Assembly: GCA_016302985.1 (NCBI GenBank)
Contig: JAEDMN010000001.1
Span: 1-50,594 of the forward strand
Source: Kiritimatiellia bacterium
GTDB lineage: Bacteria; Verrucomicrobiota; Kiritimatiellia; RFP12; UBA1067
DNA: 50,594 bases
Reading direction: 5' to 3'
Positions 24,852 to 34,200 of the stretch are shown piece by piece. Under the pieces are notes generated by a model, which was given only the letters and a program-made list of their open reading frames with translations, ran no database searches and was not told the origin of the DNA. Each line of letters begins with the position of its first letter. Positions within the stretch are counted from its first letter, which is position 1. The position numbers and the translations under genes were made by a program.

Positions 24852-24866
24852 TGCGCCGTGGAAGAC

Positions 24867-25451
24867 ATGGAACAGAACGTCCTCGTGCGCCAGGCGTTCG
24901 CGGAGCACCGCGAACGCCTCCTGCGCCTCGCCGAGCGCCACCTCAACCCGGTGATGCGCCGCCGCGTCTCCCCGGAGGACGTCCTCCAGGAGGCCGCGGC
25001 GAACGTCTGCCTCCGCGGCGGCTCCTTCGTGAACAACCCCGACCTGCCGGCCTATTTCCGCCTGCGCGCCGTCCTGCTCCAGACCATCGCCCAGCTCGAA
25101 CGCCGCCACCTGCAGTCCGCCAAGCGCGACGCCTACCGCGAAGCCGAGCCCCCGCCCGCCGACGAGGCCGGTGAAGACGCCGGCGCCGCCTGGGACGACA
25201 TCCCCGACACCGCGACCTCGCCCCTGTCCGCAGCCGCACGGGCCGACCGCCACGCGATCCTCCGCCAGGCCCTCAGGGACCTCGCCGAACCCGACCGCCA
25301 GATCGTCCTCCTCCGGAACTTCGACGACCTCTCGAATGCCGAGTGCGCGGACATCCTCGGCATCGACCCGAAGGCCGCCAGCATCCGCTACGTGCGCGCC
25401 CTCCAGCGGCTCCGGGCGCGCCTCGTCGAGTACACGGAGTTCCAGGCATGA
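24867..25451 (+). CDS. ECF-type RNA polymerase sigma-70 family factor
   Basis: Sigma2 region (VSPEDVLQEAAANV...YFRLRAVLLQTI) and sigma4 HTH (LSNAECADILGIDPKAASIRYVRALQRLR), separated by an acidic ~40-aa linker. The stop overlaps the kinase ATG (ATGA, 25448-25451). Confidence 0.8.
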   Translation: MEQNVLVRQAFAEHRERLLRLAERHLNPVMRRRVSPEDVLQEAAANVCLRGGSFVNNPDLPAYFRLRAVLLQTIAQLERRHLQSAKRDAYREAEPPPADEAGEDAGAAWDDIPDTATSPLSAAARADRHAILRQALRDLAEPDRQIVLLRNFDDLSNAECADILGIDPKAASIRYVRALQRLRARLVEYTEFQA

Positions 25452-27964
25452 CCCCCGGGCCCTCACTCGAGGAGCTGGTCGAGCTCTACCTCGACCGCTG
25501 CCACCTCGGCGACGCGCCCGACACCGCCACCTTCATCGCCGAACACCCCGAGCACGCCGCCGAGCTGCTCGAGACGCTCCCCCTCCTCAACGATCTCGAA
25601 AAGATCGGCGACGACGCCCGCGGCCGATCCCGCGCCGCCGCGGCGGAGCTGCCCGAGCTCCCCGGCTCCGACTTCCGCCTCGTGCGCAAGATCGGTGGCG
25701 GCGGCATGGGCGTCGTCTTCGAGGCCGAGCAGATCTCCCTCGGCCGCCGCGTCGCCGTCAAGCTGCTCGCCCCCTCCCTGGTCGGGGACGCCGCCCGGCG
25801 CGAGCAGTTCGAGCGCGAGGCCCGGCTCGTCGGCGCCCTCTCCCACCCGAACATCGTCACCGTCATCGGCGCCGGCCAGTCGGCCGGCACCTGCTACTAC
25901 GCGATGGAGCTCGTCACCGGCGAGCGCCTCGACCGCCACGTGTTCGCCGACGTGCGCGAGATCGCCGCCGTCGGGCTGCAGGCCGCCCGCGCCCTCTCCT
26001 ACGCACACGGCTGCCAGGTCATGCACCGCGACATCAAGCCCTCGAACCTCCTGCTGGACGCCGAGGGCCAGCTGCACGTCGCCGACTTCGGCCTCGCCTG
26101 CATGCTCGAGGAGGGCAAGGAGTCCGTCGAGCGCGCAGGCGCGCAGAACGGCACCCTCCGCTACATGCCCGCCGAGCGCCTGCTCCACGGCATCAGCTCC
26201 CCTTCCGGCGACCAGTACGCCCTCGGCGTGACCCTCTACGAGCTGGCCACGCGCCGCCCCGTGCTCGAGCTCCGCTCCTCCACCGCGCTCTTCCGCCGCA
26301 TCTGCACCGAGCCGCTCCCCCCGCTCGTCTGCGCCGAGCCCGACTTCGCGGCCATCGTCAACAAGTGCGTCGCCTACGACGCGGCCGAACGCTATTCATC
26401 AATGGACGCGCTGGCCGAGGACCTGCGCCGCTTCCTGGCCCACGAGCCCGTCCTCGCCTCGCCCGCCCCCGCCGGCCGCCGCCTCGTCCTCTGGGCGCGG
26501 CGCAAGCCCGCGGTCGCCGCCCTCGCGGCCATCGCCGGACTCTGCGCCGTCTCGGCCGTCGTCGCCCTCGCCGTCGGCTACGCGCGCACCGCCGACGCCC
26601 TGCGCCTTGCCGAGCGGAACGCCTCCCTCGCGGGCGCGGCCCTCTCCGGCGTCTTCCGCGGCGTCGAGAGCCAGGCCCCCAGCCGCCGCGACACGGAACT
26701 GCTCACCGAACTGCTGCCCTACTACGGCGAACTCGCCCGCCGCCGCGACATGCCCGTGGAGAAAATCGTCGAGGCCAACCGCATCCTGGGCGTCTGCGCG
26801 TACCGCACGGGCAACTACATGCTGGCCGAGAAGGCCTTCCTTCAGGTCGCCCAGACCCGCCCGACCGCGGCGGACGAGTACCTGCTCGCCCAGGCCATGC
26901 GCCGCCAGGGGAAGGACGCCGAGGCCGACGCCCTCTTCCGCGGCGTCGCCGGAGCCTACGCGGACTCCACCAACGCCGTCGACCGCTTCGAATCCGCCCG
27001 GGCCCTGCTCGCCCTCGCCCAGGAGCGCGCGGACGATCCGGACCGCGCCCGCGCCTTCCGCATCGTCGCGGACCTTCTGAAGGACGACCCGCAGAACCCG
27101 GACTACCGCTTCCAATACGCCCTCATCCTCGGTGCCAGCCCCCGCCTCTACGCCTCGGAGCCAATCCCCGGCGTGCGCCCCAACGCGGGCGCCATCCTCA
27201 GCAGCCTCGCCGGCGAGTTCCCCGACCGTCCCGAATACGGCCTCGCCCTCGTCGAGCTCACGGAGCGCCGCCTGCGCGGCATCCGCAACCCGCGGGCCGT
27301 CGACCGCAACGGCTTCTCGCTGGCGCTCGAGCACGCCGACCGCCTGCTGGCGCGCTACCGCAACATGCCGGACGCGGTTTCGGCCGTCGTCCGCCTGCGC
27401 GTCGCCTACGCGGACTTCCTCAGTCGCGCCGGCGACGCGACCGAGGCCGCGCTCGAACGCGCCCGCACCTCCGGCATGCTCGAGATGATGGCGCACAACC
27501 CCGAGACCCCGGCCGCCCCCCGCTTCCGCTTCGCCTCCACCAACGGCACCACGCTCGCCTACCGGCAGATCGTCGTCAACCGCTCGACCCCCGGCCCCGC
27601 CACGCTCGTCACCGTCCTGCACGGGCGCGACGCGCGCGCCTCGGACAACGCGCGGCAGCTCGCGACGCCGTCGCTCATGACGCTGCTCGACTATGTCCAG
27701 ACGCACGGGGAGAAGACGGTCGTGCTGCTGCCGCAATGCCCCCCGAAGAAGGAATGGCGTCAGCTGCGTCCGCTGGTGGACGAACTGCAGAAGCGCAAGG
27801 CACGCGAATTCCGCGTCCCGCCGAAGCGGCTGCGGGAGATCGGCGAGACGCCCCTCTCCGCGGAAGACTGCGCCCGCCTGTTCCGTCGCGCGGCGACGCG
27901 CGACGCGGCCGCTACTTCTCCCGAGCCTTCTCCGTCTGGAGGCGGCGCACGGCGAGGTCCGTGA
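25448..27964 (+). CDS. Transmembrane Ser/Thr protein kinase with extracytoplasmic TPR-like region and a truncated hydrolase-like C-terminus
   Basis: Hanks kinase motifs GGGGMGVV, VAVK, HRDIKPSNLLL, DFGLA, GTLRYMPAE. TM AVAALAAIAGLCAVSAVVALAVGY. Helical repeats follow, then VLHGRDARASDNARQL...VVLLPQCPPKKEW. 838 aa from MTPGPS. Confidence 0.85.
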   Translation: MTPGPSLEELVELYLDRCHLGDAPDTATFIAEHPEHAAELLETLPLLNDLEKIGDDARGRSRAAAAELPELPGSDFRLVRKIGGGGMGVVFEAEQISLGRRVAVKLLAPSLVGDAARREQFEREARLVGALSHPNIVTVIGAGQSAGTCYYAMELVTGERLDRHVFADVREIAAVGLQAARALSYAHGCQVMHRDIKPSNLLLDAEGQLHVADFGLACMLEEGKESVERAGAQNGTLRYMPAERLLHGISSPSGDQYALGVTLYELATRRPVLELRSSTALFRRICTEPLPPLVCAEPDFAAIVNKCVAYDAAERYSSMDALAEDLRRFLAHEPVLASPAPAGRRLVLWARRKPAVAALAAIAGLCAVSAVVALAVGYARTADALRLAERNASLAGAALSGVFRGVESQAPSRRDTELLTELLPYYGELARRRDMPVEKIVEANRILGVCAYRTGNYMLAEKAFLQVAQTRPTAADEYLLAQAMRRQGKDAEADALFRGVAGAYADSTNAVDRFESARALLALAQERADDPDRARAFRIVADLLKDDPQNPDYRFQYALILGASPRLYASEPIPGVRPNAGAILSSLAGEFPDRPEYGLALVELTERRLRGIRNPRAVDRNGFSLALEHADRLLARYRNMPDAVSAVVRLRVAYADFLSRAGDATEAALERARTSGMLEMMAHNPETPAAPRFRFASTNGTTLAYRQIVVNRSTPGPATLVTVLHGRDARASDNARQLATPSLMTLLDYVQTHGEKTVVLLPQCPPKKEWRQLRPLVDELQKRKAREFRVPPKRLREIGETPLSAEDCARLFRRAATRDAAATSPEPSPSGGGARRGP

Positions 27965-28481
27965 GCTCGACGAGCTCGCGCAGCGTGGCCACGCCCGGCT
28001 GGTCGTCGGCCATCCGGCGCACGACCTCCTCGGCGCGCGCACGGGCGTCCTGCGCGGCCTTCGCGCGGGCGTCGGAAGCCTGCAGCTCCCGCCGCAGAGA
28101 CGCCTGTTCGCGCGCACCCGCGTCGAGGCGCGCGTCCGCCTGGTCCGCGCGACGGCGGACCCGCCCCAGCTCCTCGCGGAGCGACTTCTCCGCGAGGTCC
28201 TTTGCGGACCTGGCCGAGGCGAGGTCGCCCTTCGCCCGCTCGCAGGCGGAAAGCGCCTGGGCGAGGTTGCGCCCGAGCGCGTCCTTCGCCTCGCCGAGGC
28301 GCCGCAGCTCGGCGGCGAGCCGGTCGTTCTCGTTGCGCAGGCGTGCACGTTCGACCTCGAGTTCGGCGTTCTGGTCGTCCAGGGCGCGGTTCCGCGTCCA
28401 GAGCACCCAGCCGAACCACCCGGCGGCGCCCAGCGCCGCCAGCTGCACGGAGGCGAGCAGGAACCTGGTGCACGCCTTCAT
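27912..28481 (-). CDS. Membrane-anchored coiled-coil protein
   Basis: N-terminal TM (FLLASVQLAALGAAGWFGWVLW), then ~150 aa of heptad-like Ala/Arg/Glu/Leu sequence. ATGA overlap with the upstream oxidoreductase gene (28478-28481). Its 3' end overlaps the kinase 3' end by 53 nt. Confidence 0.55.
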   Translation of the reverse strand: MKACTRFLLASVQLAALGAAGWFGWVLWTRNRALDDQNAELEVERARLRNENDRLAAELRRLGEAKDALGRNLAQALSACERAKGDLASARSAKDLAEKSLREELGRVRRRADQADARLDAGAREQASLRRELQASDARAKAAQDARARAEEVVRRMADDQPGVATLRELVELTDLAVRRLQTEKAREK

Positions 28482-29914
28482 CCGAGCAGGACCTTGTCCT
28501 GGACGAGGCGCGCCTGGAGCGCCTTCACGTCGAGTTCACGCGGCGTGCAGCCCTTCAGCGCGGCCATCGCCGCGGCCGTGCCGGCGGCCTGGCCGGTCAC
28601 GAAGCAGGGGCAGATGAGGCGGAAGGTGTCGATCGTGTCCGGCGCGCCGAGCATGCGGCCCGCGCAGAGCACGTTCTCGACGTTCTTCGGCAGCAGCGCG
28701 CGGTACGGCACCTGGAACGCCGCATGGCGGCCGTCCTGGCCGAACATGCCGATGGAGTCCGCCGGACGGAAGTCCGTGCGCAGCAGCGCGCGGTCGACGA
28801 TGAGCTCCGCGTCGATCAGGCGCGAGGCGCGCGGGCCGATCTGCGAGCACGTGTTCGCGATGAAGACCTGTTCCCAGCCCGGCTCCTGGCGCATCGACGC
28901 CACGTGCTCCCACCACTTCTTCCGGAAGTCGATCTCGGCCTTCGTGAGGTCGCGCACGTCCACGCCGTTGCCCTTGACGCCCGTGCCGTAGTTGCCCCAC
29001 CAGGTCGCGGGGTTCGCCTCGTTCGAACGCGTCGGCCACTTGGAGAGGACGGTCTTCTTGACCTTGCCGTCCGCACCCTTCGGCGCGCCCTTCGCCGTGA
29101 TGCGGTCCATGTTCCCGAGGCGCACCACGTGGCCGATGCCGTGCGTGATCTGGCGGTAGTTTCCGCCGGCCTGGAAGAGGACGTCCGCGTCGCCCGAGCA
29201 GTCCACGACCTGCTTCGCGAGGATCGCCTGCTTGCCCTGCTTGGACTCGAACACGACGCCGAGCACCTTGTTCCCCTGCTGGATCACGTCGACGCCCCAG
29301 CAGTGGAAGAACATGTCGATCTTCTCCTCGGCGACCATCGTGTCCATCAGGTACTTCGCGCCCTCCGGGTCCACGGTCGGCTGCCAGTGCCGGTTCGCCG
29401 GCACGGGGCCGGTGCAGACGTGCGCGCCCAGCGCGCGGGCGCGGTGCGCGAACTCCGCCGCGAGGCCCGTCGTCACCAGGCGGTACTTCCCGTCCTCGCG
29501 CGCCGACGTGCAGAGCATGATCAGCACCATGCCGTTCGTGAAGAGGCCGCCCAGCGAGCCATAGCGCTCGACGAGCGCGACCTTCGCCCCCGTGCGCGCG
29601 GCCGCGAGGGCGGCCGCGAAGCCCGCGGGGCCGCCGCCCACGACCACGACGTCCGTACGGTGGAAGACGGGGATCTCCCGCGCCGGGCAGAGGACCTTCC
29701 CGTCCTGCAGCGCGCAGCTCGGCCCGTCCTCCATCGTGTGCGGCAGCGGGAAGATGTCCTTGCCGAACCACACGTTGTCCGGGTCGCCCACGGATCCCGG
29801 CGGCAGGGTCGCCTTCGTCTTGACGAACTCGTCCGCGGCGAGCGGCGCCCCCGCGAGCGCGGCCCCCCCAAGGCCCAGCCGCTTCAGGAATTCACGCTTC
29901 GTAACCTTCTTCAT
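28478..29914 (-). CDS. FAD-dependent oxidoreductase (FAD_oxidored family) with Tat-like signal peptide
   Basis: MKKVTKREFLKRLGLGGAALAGAPLAA (KR variant of the twin-arginine motif). Dinucleotide-binding DVVVVGGGPAGFAAALAAARTGAKVALVE. 478 aa. Confidence 0.8.
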   Translation of the reverse strand: MKKVTKREFLKRLGLGGAALAGAPLAADEFVKTKATLPPGSVGDPDNVWFGKDIFPLPHTMEDGPSCALQDGKVLCPAREIPVFHRTDVVVVGGGPAGFAAALAAARTGAKVALVERYGSLGGLFTNGMVLIMLCTSAREDGKYRLVTTGLAAEFAHRARALGAHVCTGPVPANRHWQPTVDPEGAKYLMDTMVAEEKIDMFFHCWGVDVIQQGNKVLGVVFESKQGKQAILAKQVVDCSGDADVLFQAGGNYRQITHGIGHVVRLGNMDRITAKGAPKGADGKVKKTVLSKWPTRSNEANPATWWGNYGTGVKGNGVDVRDLTKAEIDFRKKWWEHVASMRQEPGWEQVFIANTCSQIGPRASRLIDAELIVDRALLRTDFRPADSIGMFGQDGRHAAFQVPYRALLPKNVENVLCAGRMLGAPDTIDTFRLICPCFVTGQAAGTAAAMAALKGCTPRELDVKALQARLVQDKVLLG

Positions 29915-30030
29915 CCTCTGTCTCCTCTTCTCGCTCCTTGACCCGTTCCACGCCGTCGAACTTCCTTCGCCCAGTCGAAGCTCGAACCTCCACGTCCTGC
30001 TAAAACTCTATTCCTTATTATATCCTAACC

Positions 30031-31173
30031 ATGGGCAGATTGGAATATGGTAAAATGTCCGCCGTGCCAGCTACCCCCAACATCCACCTGATCGTGGGAG
30101 AGGACGACTACCTCGCCGAAGCGGCCGCCCGGAAGATCCTCGAGGCGGCCGTTCCCGCGTCGTGCCGCGAAACGGCGGTGGAGACGGTCGACGGCCGCGC
30201 GGAGAACGCGGAGACCCAGCTCGCCTCCCTCAAGGCCTGCGTGGACTCGGTTCTTTCGCCCCCCTTCCTCGACCCCGTCAAGCTCACCTGGTGGCGGCAT
30301 GTCGACTTCCTCCCGGGCGGGGGCCGGAGCGGCTCCCCGTCCGAAGCCGTGAAGACGGCGCTCGAGCGCTTCGCGGACGACCTGGCCACGCACCCCCTCC
30401 CCGACAACCAGACGCTCGTCATCACCGCGACGAAGCTGCTCAAGACGAGCATCTTCGCCAAGCGCCTCATGTCCTGCGCCCAGGTCGTCGAGTTCGCCGG
30501 CGGGGGCAAGGCCCGCGACCGCCTGGAGGCCGCCCGGATGCGCCTGCCCGACCTCGCCGCGGCCGAGGGCCTCTCCTTCGACCCCGGCGCGGACGACGCC
30601 TTCCTCTCGAAGGTCGGCGCCGACACGCGCATCGTCGTCTCCGAACTCGCCAAGCTCCGCACCTACCTCGGATCCGAGCGGGACAACGTCACGGCCGCCG
30701 ACGTCGCGGAGGTCTGCTCCGTCGGCGGCGAGGAACCCGAGCTCTGGGACGTGACGGACGCCATCGTGCAGCGCAACCCCGCCAAGCTCGTCGCCACCCT
30801 CGCCCGCTTCGACGGCGAACAGGGCTTCGGCATCATGCTCGCCACCGTCGTCGAGAAGCTCTTCCGCGAGCTCGTCGTCTACCGCGACGCCCTCGACCGC
30901 GGCTGGCTCACCCCCTACGGGACCTGGGCGAAGAACCTGCCGCCCGAGGTCGCGGCGGACCTCGACGCGGCCGGCATCGGCCCCGGCGTCAACAAGAGCT
31001 CCTGGCTCGTGAAGCGCAACGCCCAGAACGCCCGCGCCTTCTCCCTCCTCGAGCTCCGCACCGCCCGCTTCCGCATGCTGCAGGTCCGCGAGAAGCTCGT
31101 CTCCTCGACCGAGGACGACGACCTCGTCCGGCAGGAGCTCCTGCGGATCATCCCCCGCCCCCGCCGCGCCTGA
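30031..31173 (+). CDS. holA: DNA polymerase III subunit delta
   Basis: N-terminal IHLIVGEDDYLAEAAARKIL pattern and a C-terminal helical domain (WDVTDAIVQRNPAKLVATL) typical of HolA. An alternative start lies at 30055 (MSAVPAT). Confidence 0.75.
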   Translation: MGRLEYGKMSAVPATPNIHLIVGEDDYLAEAAARKILEAAVPASCRETAVETVDGRAENAETQLASLKACVDSVLSPPFLDPVKLTWWRHVDFLPGGGRSGSPSEAVKTALERFADDLATHPLPDNQTLVITATKLLKTSIFAKRLMSCAQVVEFAGGGKARDRLEAARMRLPDLAAAEGLSFDPGADDAFLSKVGADTRIVVSELAKLRTYLGSERDNVTAADVAEVCSVGGEEPELWDVTDAIVQRNPAKLVATLARFDGEQGFGIMLATVVEKLFRELVVYRDALDRGWLTPYGTWAKNLPPEVAADLDAAGIGPGVNKSSWLVKRNAQNARAFSLLELRTARFRMLQVREKLVSSTEDDDLVRQELLRIIPRPRRA

Positions 31174-31228
31174 CCCGGAGGTCCGGAATCCGGAATTTGA
31201 AATCCCAAACAGAAGAAAAGTGAAGCAC

Positions 31229-34200
31229 ATGTTCAGCAAACTGTTCAGCATCGAAACGAAGCCCGGCGCCTACTTCCGCCGCATCGACTGGACCGCCTTC
31301 TGGGGCGCGACGGTCATCGCCTTCCTCGTCTACTTCTTCACGCTGGGCCCCAGCGTGGGTCTCGAGGACTCCGGCGAGCTCGCGACGGCCGCGGACCACC
31401 TCGGCGTGCCCCATCCCCCGGGCTACCCCTTCTGGTCCCTCTGCTGCTGGTTCTTCTGCCGCCTCTTCTCGTGGGTGACCTACATGGGCCATCCGACGCC
31501 CGCCTGGGCCGTCTCGCTCTTCTCGGCCGTCGCGGGCGCCTTCGCCGCGGGCTGCACCGCGATGCTGATCTGCCGCTCCGGCAGCGACATGCTCGACTCG
31601 ATCGCGGACGGCGACCCGTCCCCGGACCGCGCGGCCGGCAACGCCCGCATGGCCCTCGCCGGCGGCCTGGGAGGATCCCTGGTCTTCGCCTTCTCCCCCG
31701 TCGAGTGGTCCCAGTCGACGATCGTCGAAATCTACTCCCTCAACGCCCTCTTTCTGATGGCGGTCTTCCTGCTCTCCTACCGCTGGATGCGCAAGCCGTC
31801 GGACCGCATCCTCTGGCTCGTCGCCTTCGTCTTCGGCCTCGGCCTCACCAACTACCAGGTGCTCCTGCTCGCCGCCGTCCCGCTCGCGATCATCATCGCC
31901 CTGCGCGACATCCGCCTCTTCCGCGACTTCGTGCTCATCCTCATCCCGATGGGCCTCACCGCGAAGCTCCTCCAGATCGGCTCGATGATGAAGGCCAGCC
32001 ACTACATGAGCGCGGACGTCATCAACAAGTTCGACCCCGTGCTGAAGACGGACTCCTGCCCGAACGAGGTCATCCTCTGGATTGGCTGCGTCCTGCTCGT
32101 CGCCGCCCCGCTCGTCGGACTCCTCCTCGCCCGCCGGCAGGACGCGCGCGCCGCGAAGGCGGCCCTCGGCACCGGCTTCGCCGGCGTCGGGCTGATCGTG
32201 CTCGCCGCCACCGTCTTCTCCGGCCCCGCCACCTGGGCCGCCCCCAACGAGATGGTGGTCGCCCCGCTGCTTGAACCCGCGCGCTACGCCTGGATCGGGG
32301 CCTTTCTCGCCGGTTCCTGCGTCTGCGCCCTCGGCGCCGTCTTCGCTCCGAAGGACGCCGATTTCCGCGACGCCCGCGTCTGGAAGTGGCTGGCCGCGGC
32401 CGCGGGCTGCGGCTTCGTCGCGCTCCTCCTCGCGGGTTCCATGAAATCCGCCGACGCCGCGGGCTACGCCGGCCCCGTCTTCTCCTTCGCGAAGCCGACC
32501 CTCCTGCTCCTCGCCGGCATCGTCGCGCTCGTTCTGCTCGCCCTCACCACGCCGCGCGGTCTCGCCTTCGCCCTCCCCGTCGTCGCCGTCCAGACCACGG
32601 CCTACGTCCTCCTCTGCAAGGGCGCGATGAACGGCCTCACGAACCCCCACTCCTGGTGGTTCATGTGGCCGATCGTCTGGAACTTCGTGATGCTCGCCCT
32701 CGCCCGGGTGGCCCTGCCGAACGGCCGCGCCATCGCCACGGCGACCTTCTTCGCGGAACTCGGCGTCTCCTTCTACGCCTACATGCCGATTGTCTCCGAC
32801 CTGCGCAACCCGCCGATGAACTGGGGCTACCCGCGCACGTGGGAGGGCTTCAAGCACGCCATCATGCGCGGCCAGTACGAGGCGATCAAGATGCCGGACT
32901 TCTTCTCGAAGAGCGGCTTCGAGCTCTTCCTCAAGCAGCTCGGCTTCTACTTCCAGGACCTCCGCATGCAGTTCACGCTCGTCGCGGCAGCCCTCGCCCT
33001 CGTGCCCTTCGCCCTCTGGAAGTTCACCCTCCGCCGGGCCGGCGCGAAGACGGTGGTCGTGCATGCCTCCTGGATCGCGGCCGGCCTCTACGTGGCCGTG
33101 GCCGGGCTCGTCACCCTCTTCTCCGAGATCGTGGATGGCGAAGTGCCCCTGCGCCTCGACAAGTACCTGCTCGTGCTCCTCGCCCTGCTCGCCCTCGCCG
33201 GACTCGGGGCCATGGTCGTGCGCCAGGCCGTCGTCGTCTACCGCATGGTCTGCGGCCGCTCCCAGGCGCCCGCCGCCCCCGCGGAGGACGGGAACGCGCC
33301 CGTCTCCCTCCGCTTCTCCGCGGACGACGTCTCGCAGCAGTGGCTGATCGCGGTCGGCGCCTGCTTCGCCATCATGTCCCTCTTCCTCGTCGCCCTCGCG
33401 GGCGTCAAGGGAGACATCCAGGACGGCTTCATCCAGAAGGTGAAGTTCATCTCCTCCCACGGCATGTTCTCCCTCTGGATCGGCTACGGCATCGCGGTCG
33501 GCATCGCCGTCGCCCGCCGCTGGGTCCTTCCGCGCCTCGCCCCGGCGAACCCCGTCCTGCAGCGCCGGCTGCTCGCGCTCCTCTGCGTGATGGGCGCGCT
33601 TGTCGCCGCAATCCCGGTCTACGAGAACTACACGAACGACAAGCTCGTCTTCGCGATGGGCTCCGCCGAGCAGAACGGCCACACCTTCGGCTGGCAGTTC
33701 GGCAACTACCAGCTCCGCGGCGCCAACGCGATCCGCGAGGAGCTCTCCCGCGACGAGGAGCCGCTGCCGAACCCGATGTGGCCCGAGGAGATGGAGCCGG
33801 GCTCGATCTTCTTCGGCGGCACCGATCCGGGGCGTTTCGTCCCGACCTACATGATCTACTCCGCGAACGTCCGCCCCGACGTGTACCTCATCACCCAGAA
33901 CGCCCTTGCGGACGACACCTACATGTCCGTCGAGCGCGACCTCTACGGCGACGAGATCTGGATTCCCTCCAAGGAGGACTCCGCCGAGTCGTTCAACATC
34001 TACGTCTCGGAGGTCCAGAGCGGCAAGCGTCCCGCCAATGCCGACCTCCGCATCGAGAACGGCCGCGTCCAGGTGACCGGGGCCCTCGGCGTCATGGAGA
34101 TCAACGGCGTCCTCACGAAGATGATGTTCGACCACGAACGCCTCCGCCACGCGTTCTACGTCGAGGAGTCCTACGTGATCCAGTGGATGTACCCGTACCT

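Noticed and set aside
25171-28617. 1148-aa plus-strand ORF spanning the sigma, kinase and coiled-coil genes.
   Set aside because: It is Arg/Pro/Ala-rich shadow frame with no recognisable domain. The kinase frame (25448..27964) carries all the Hanks motifs.
30016-30030. TTATTATAT just upstream of the holA ATG (30031), considered as another leaderless plus-strand promoter.
   Set aside because: It is ambiguous. The perfect hexamer TATAAT is on the opposite strand (30017-30022) and more likely serves the divergent FAD-oxidoreductase gene. The plus-strand reading is only TATTAT/TTATAT without the TG extension, so it is not called as a feature.
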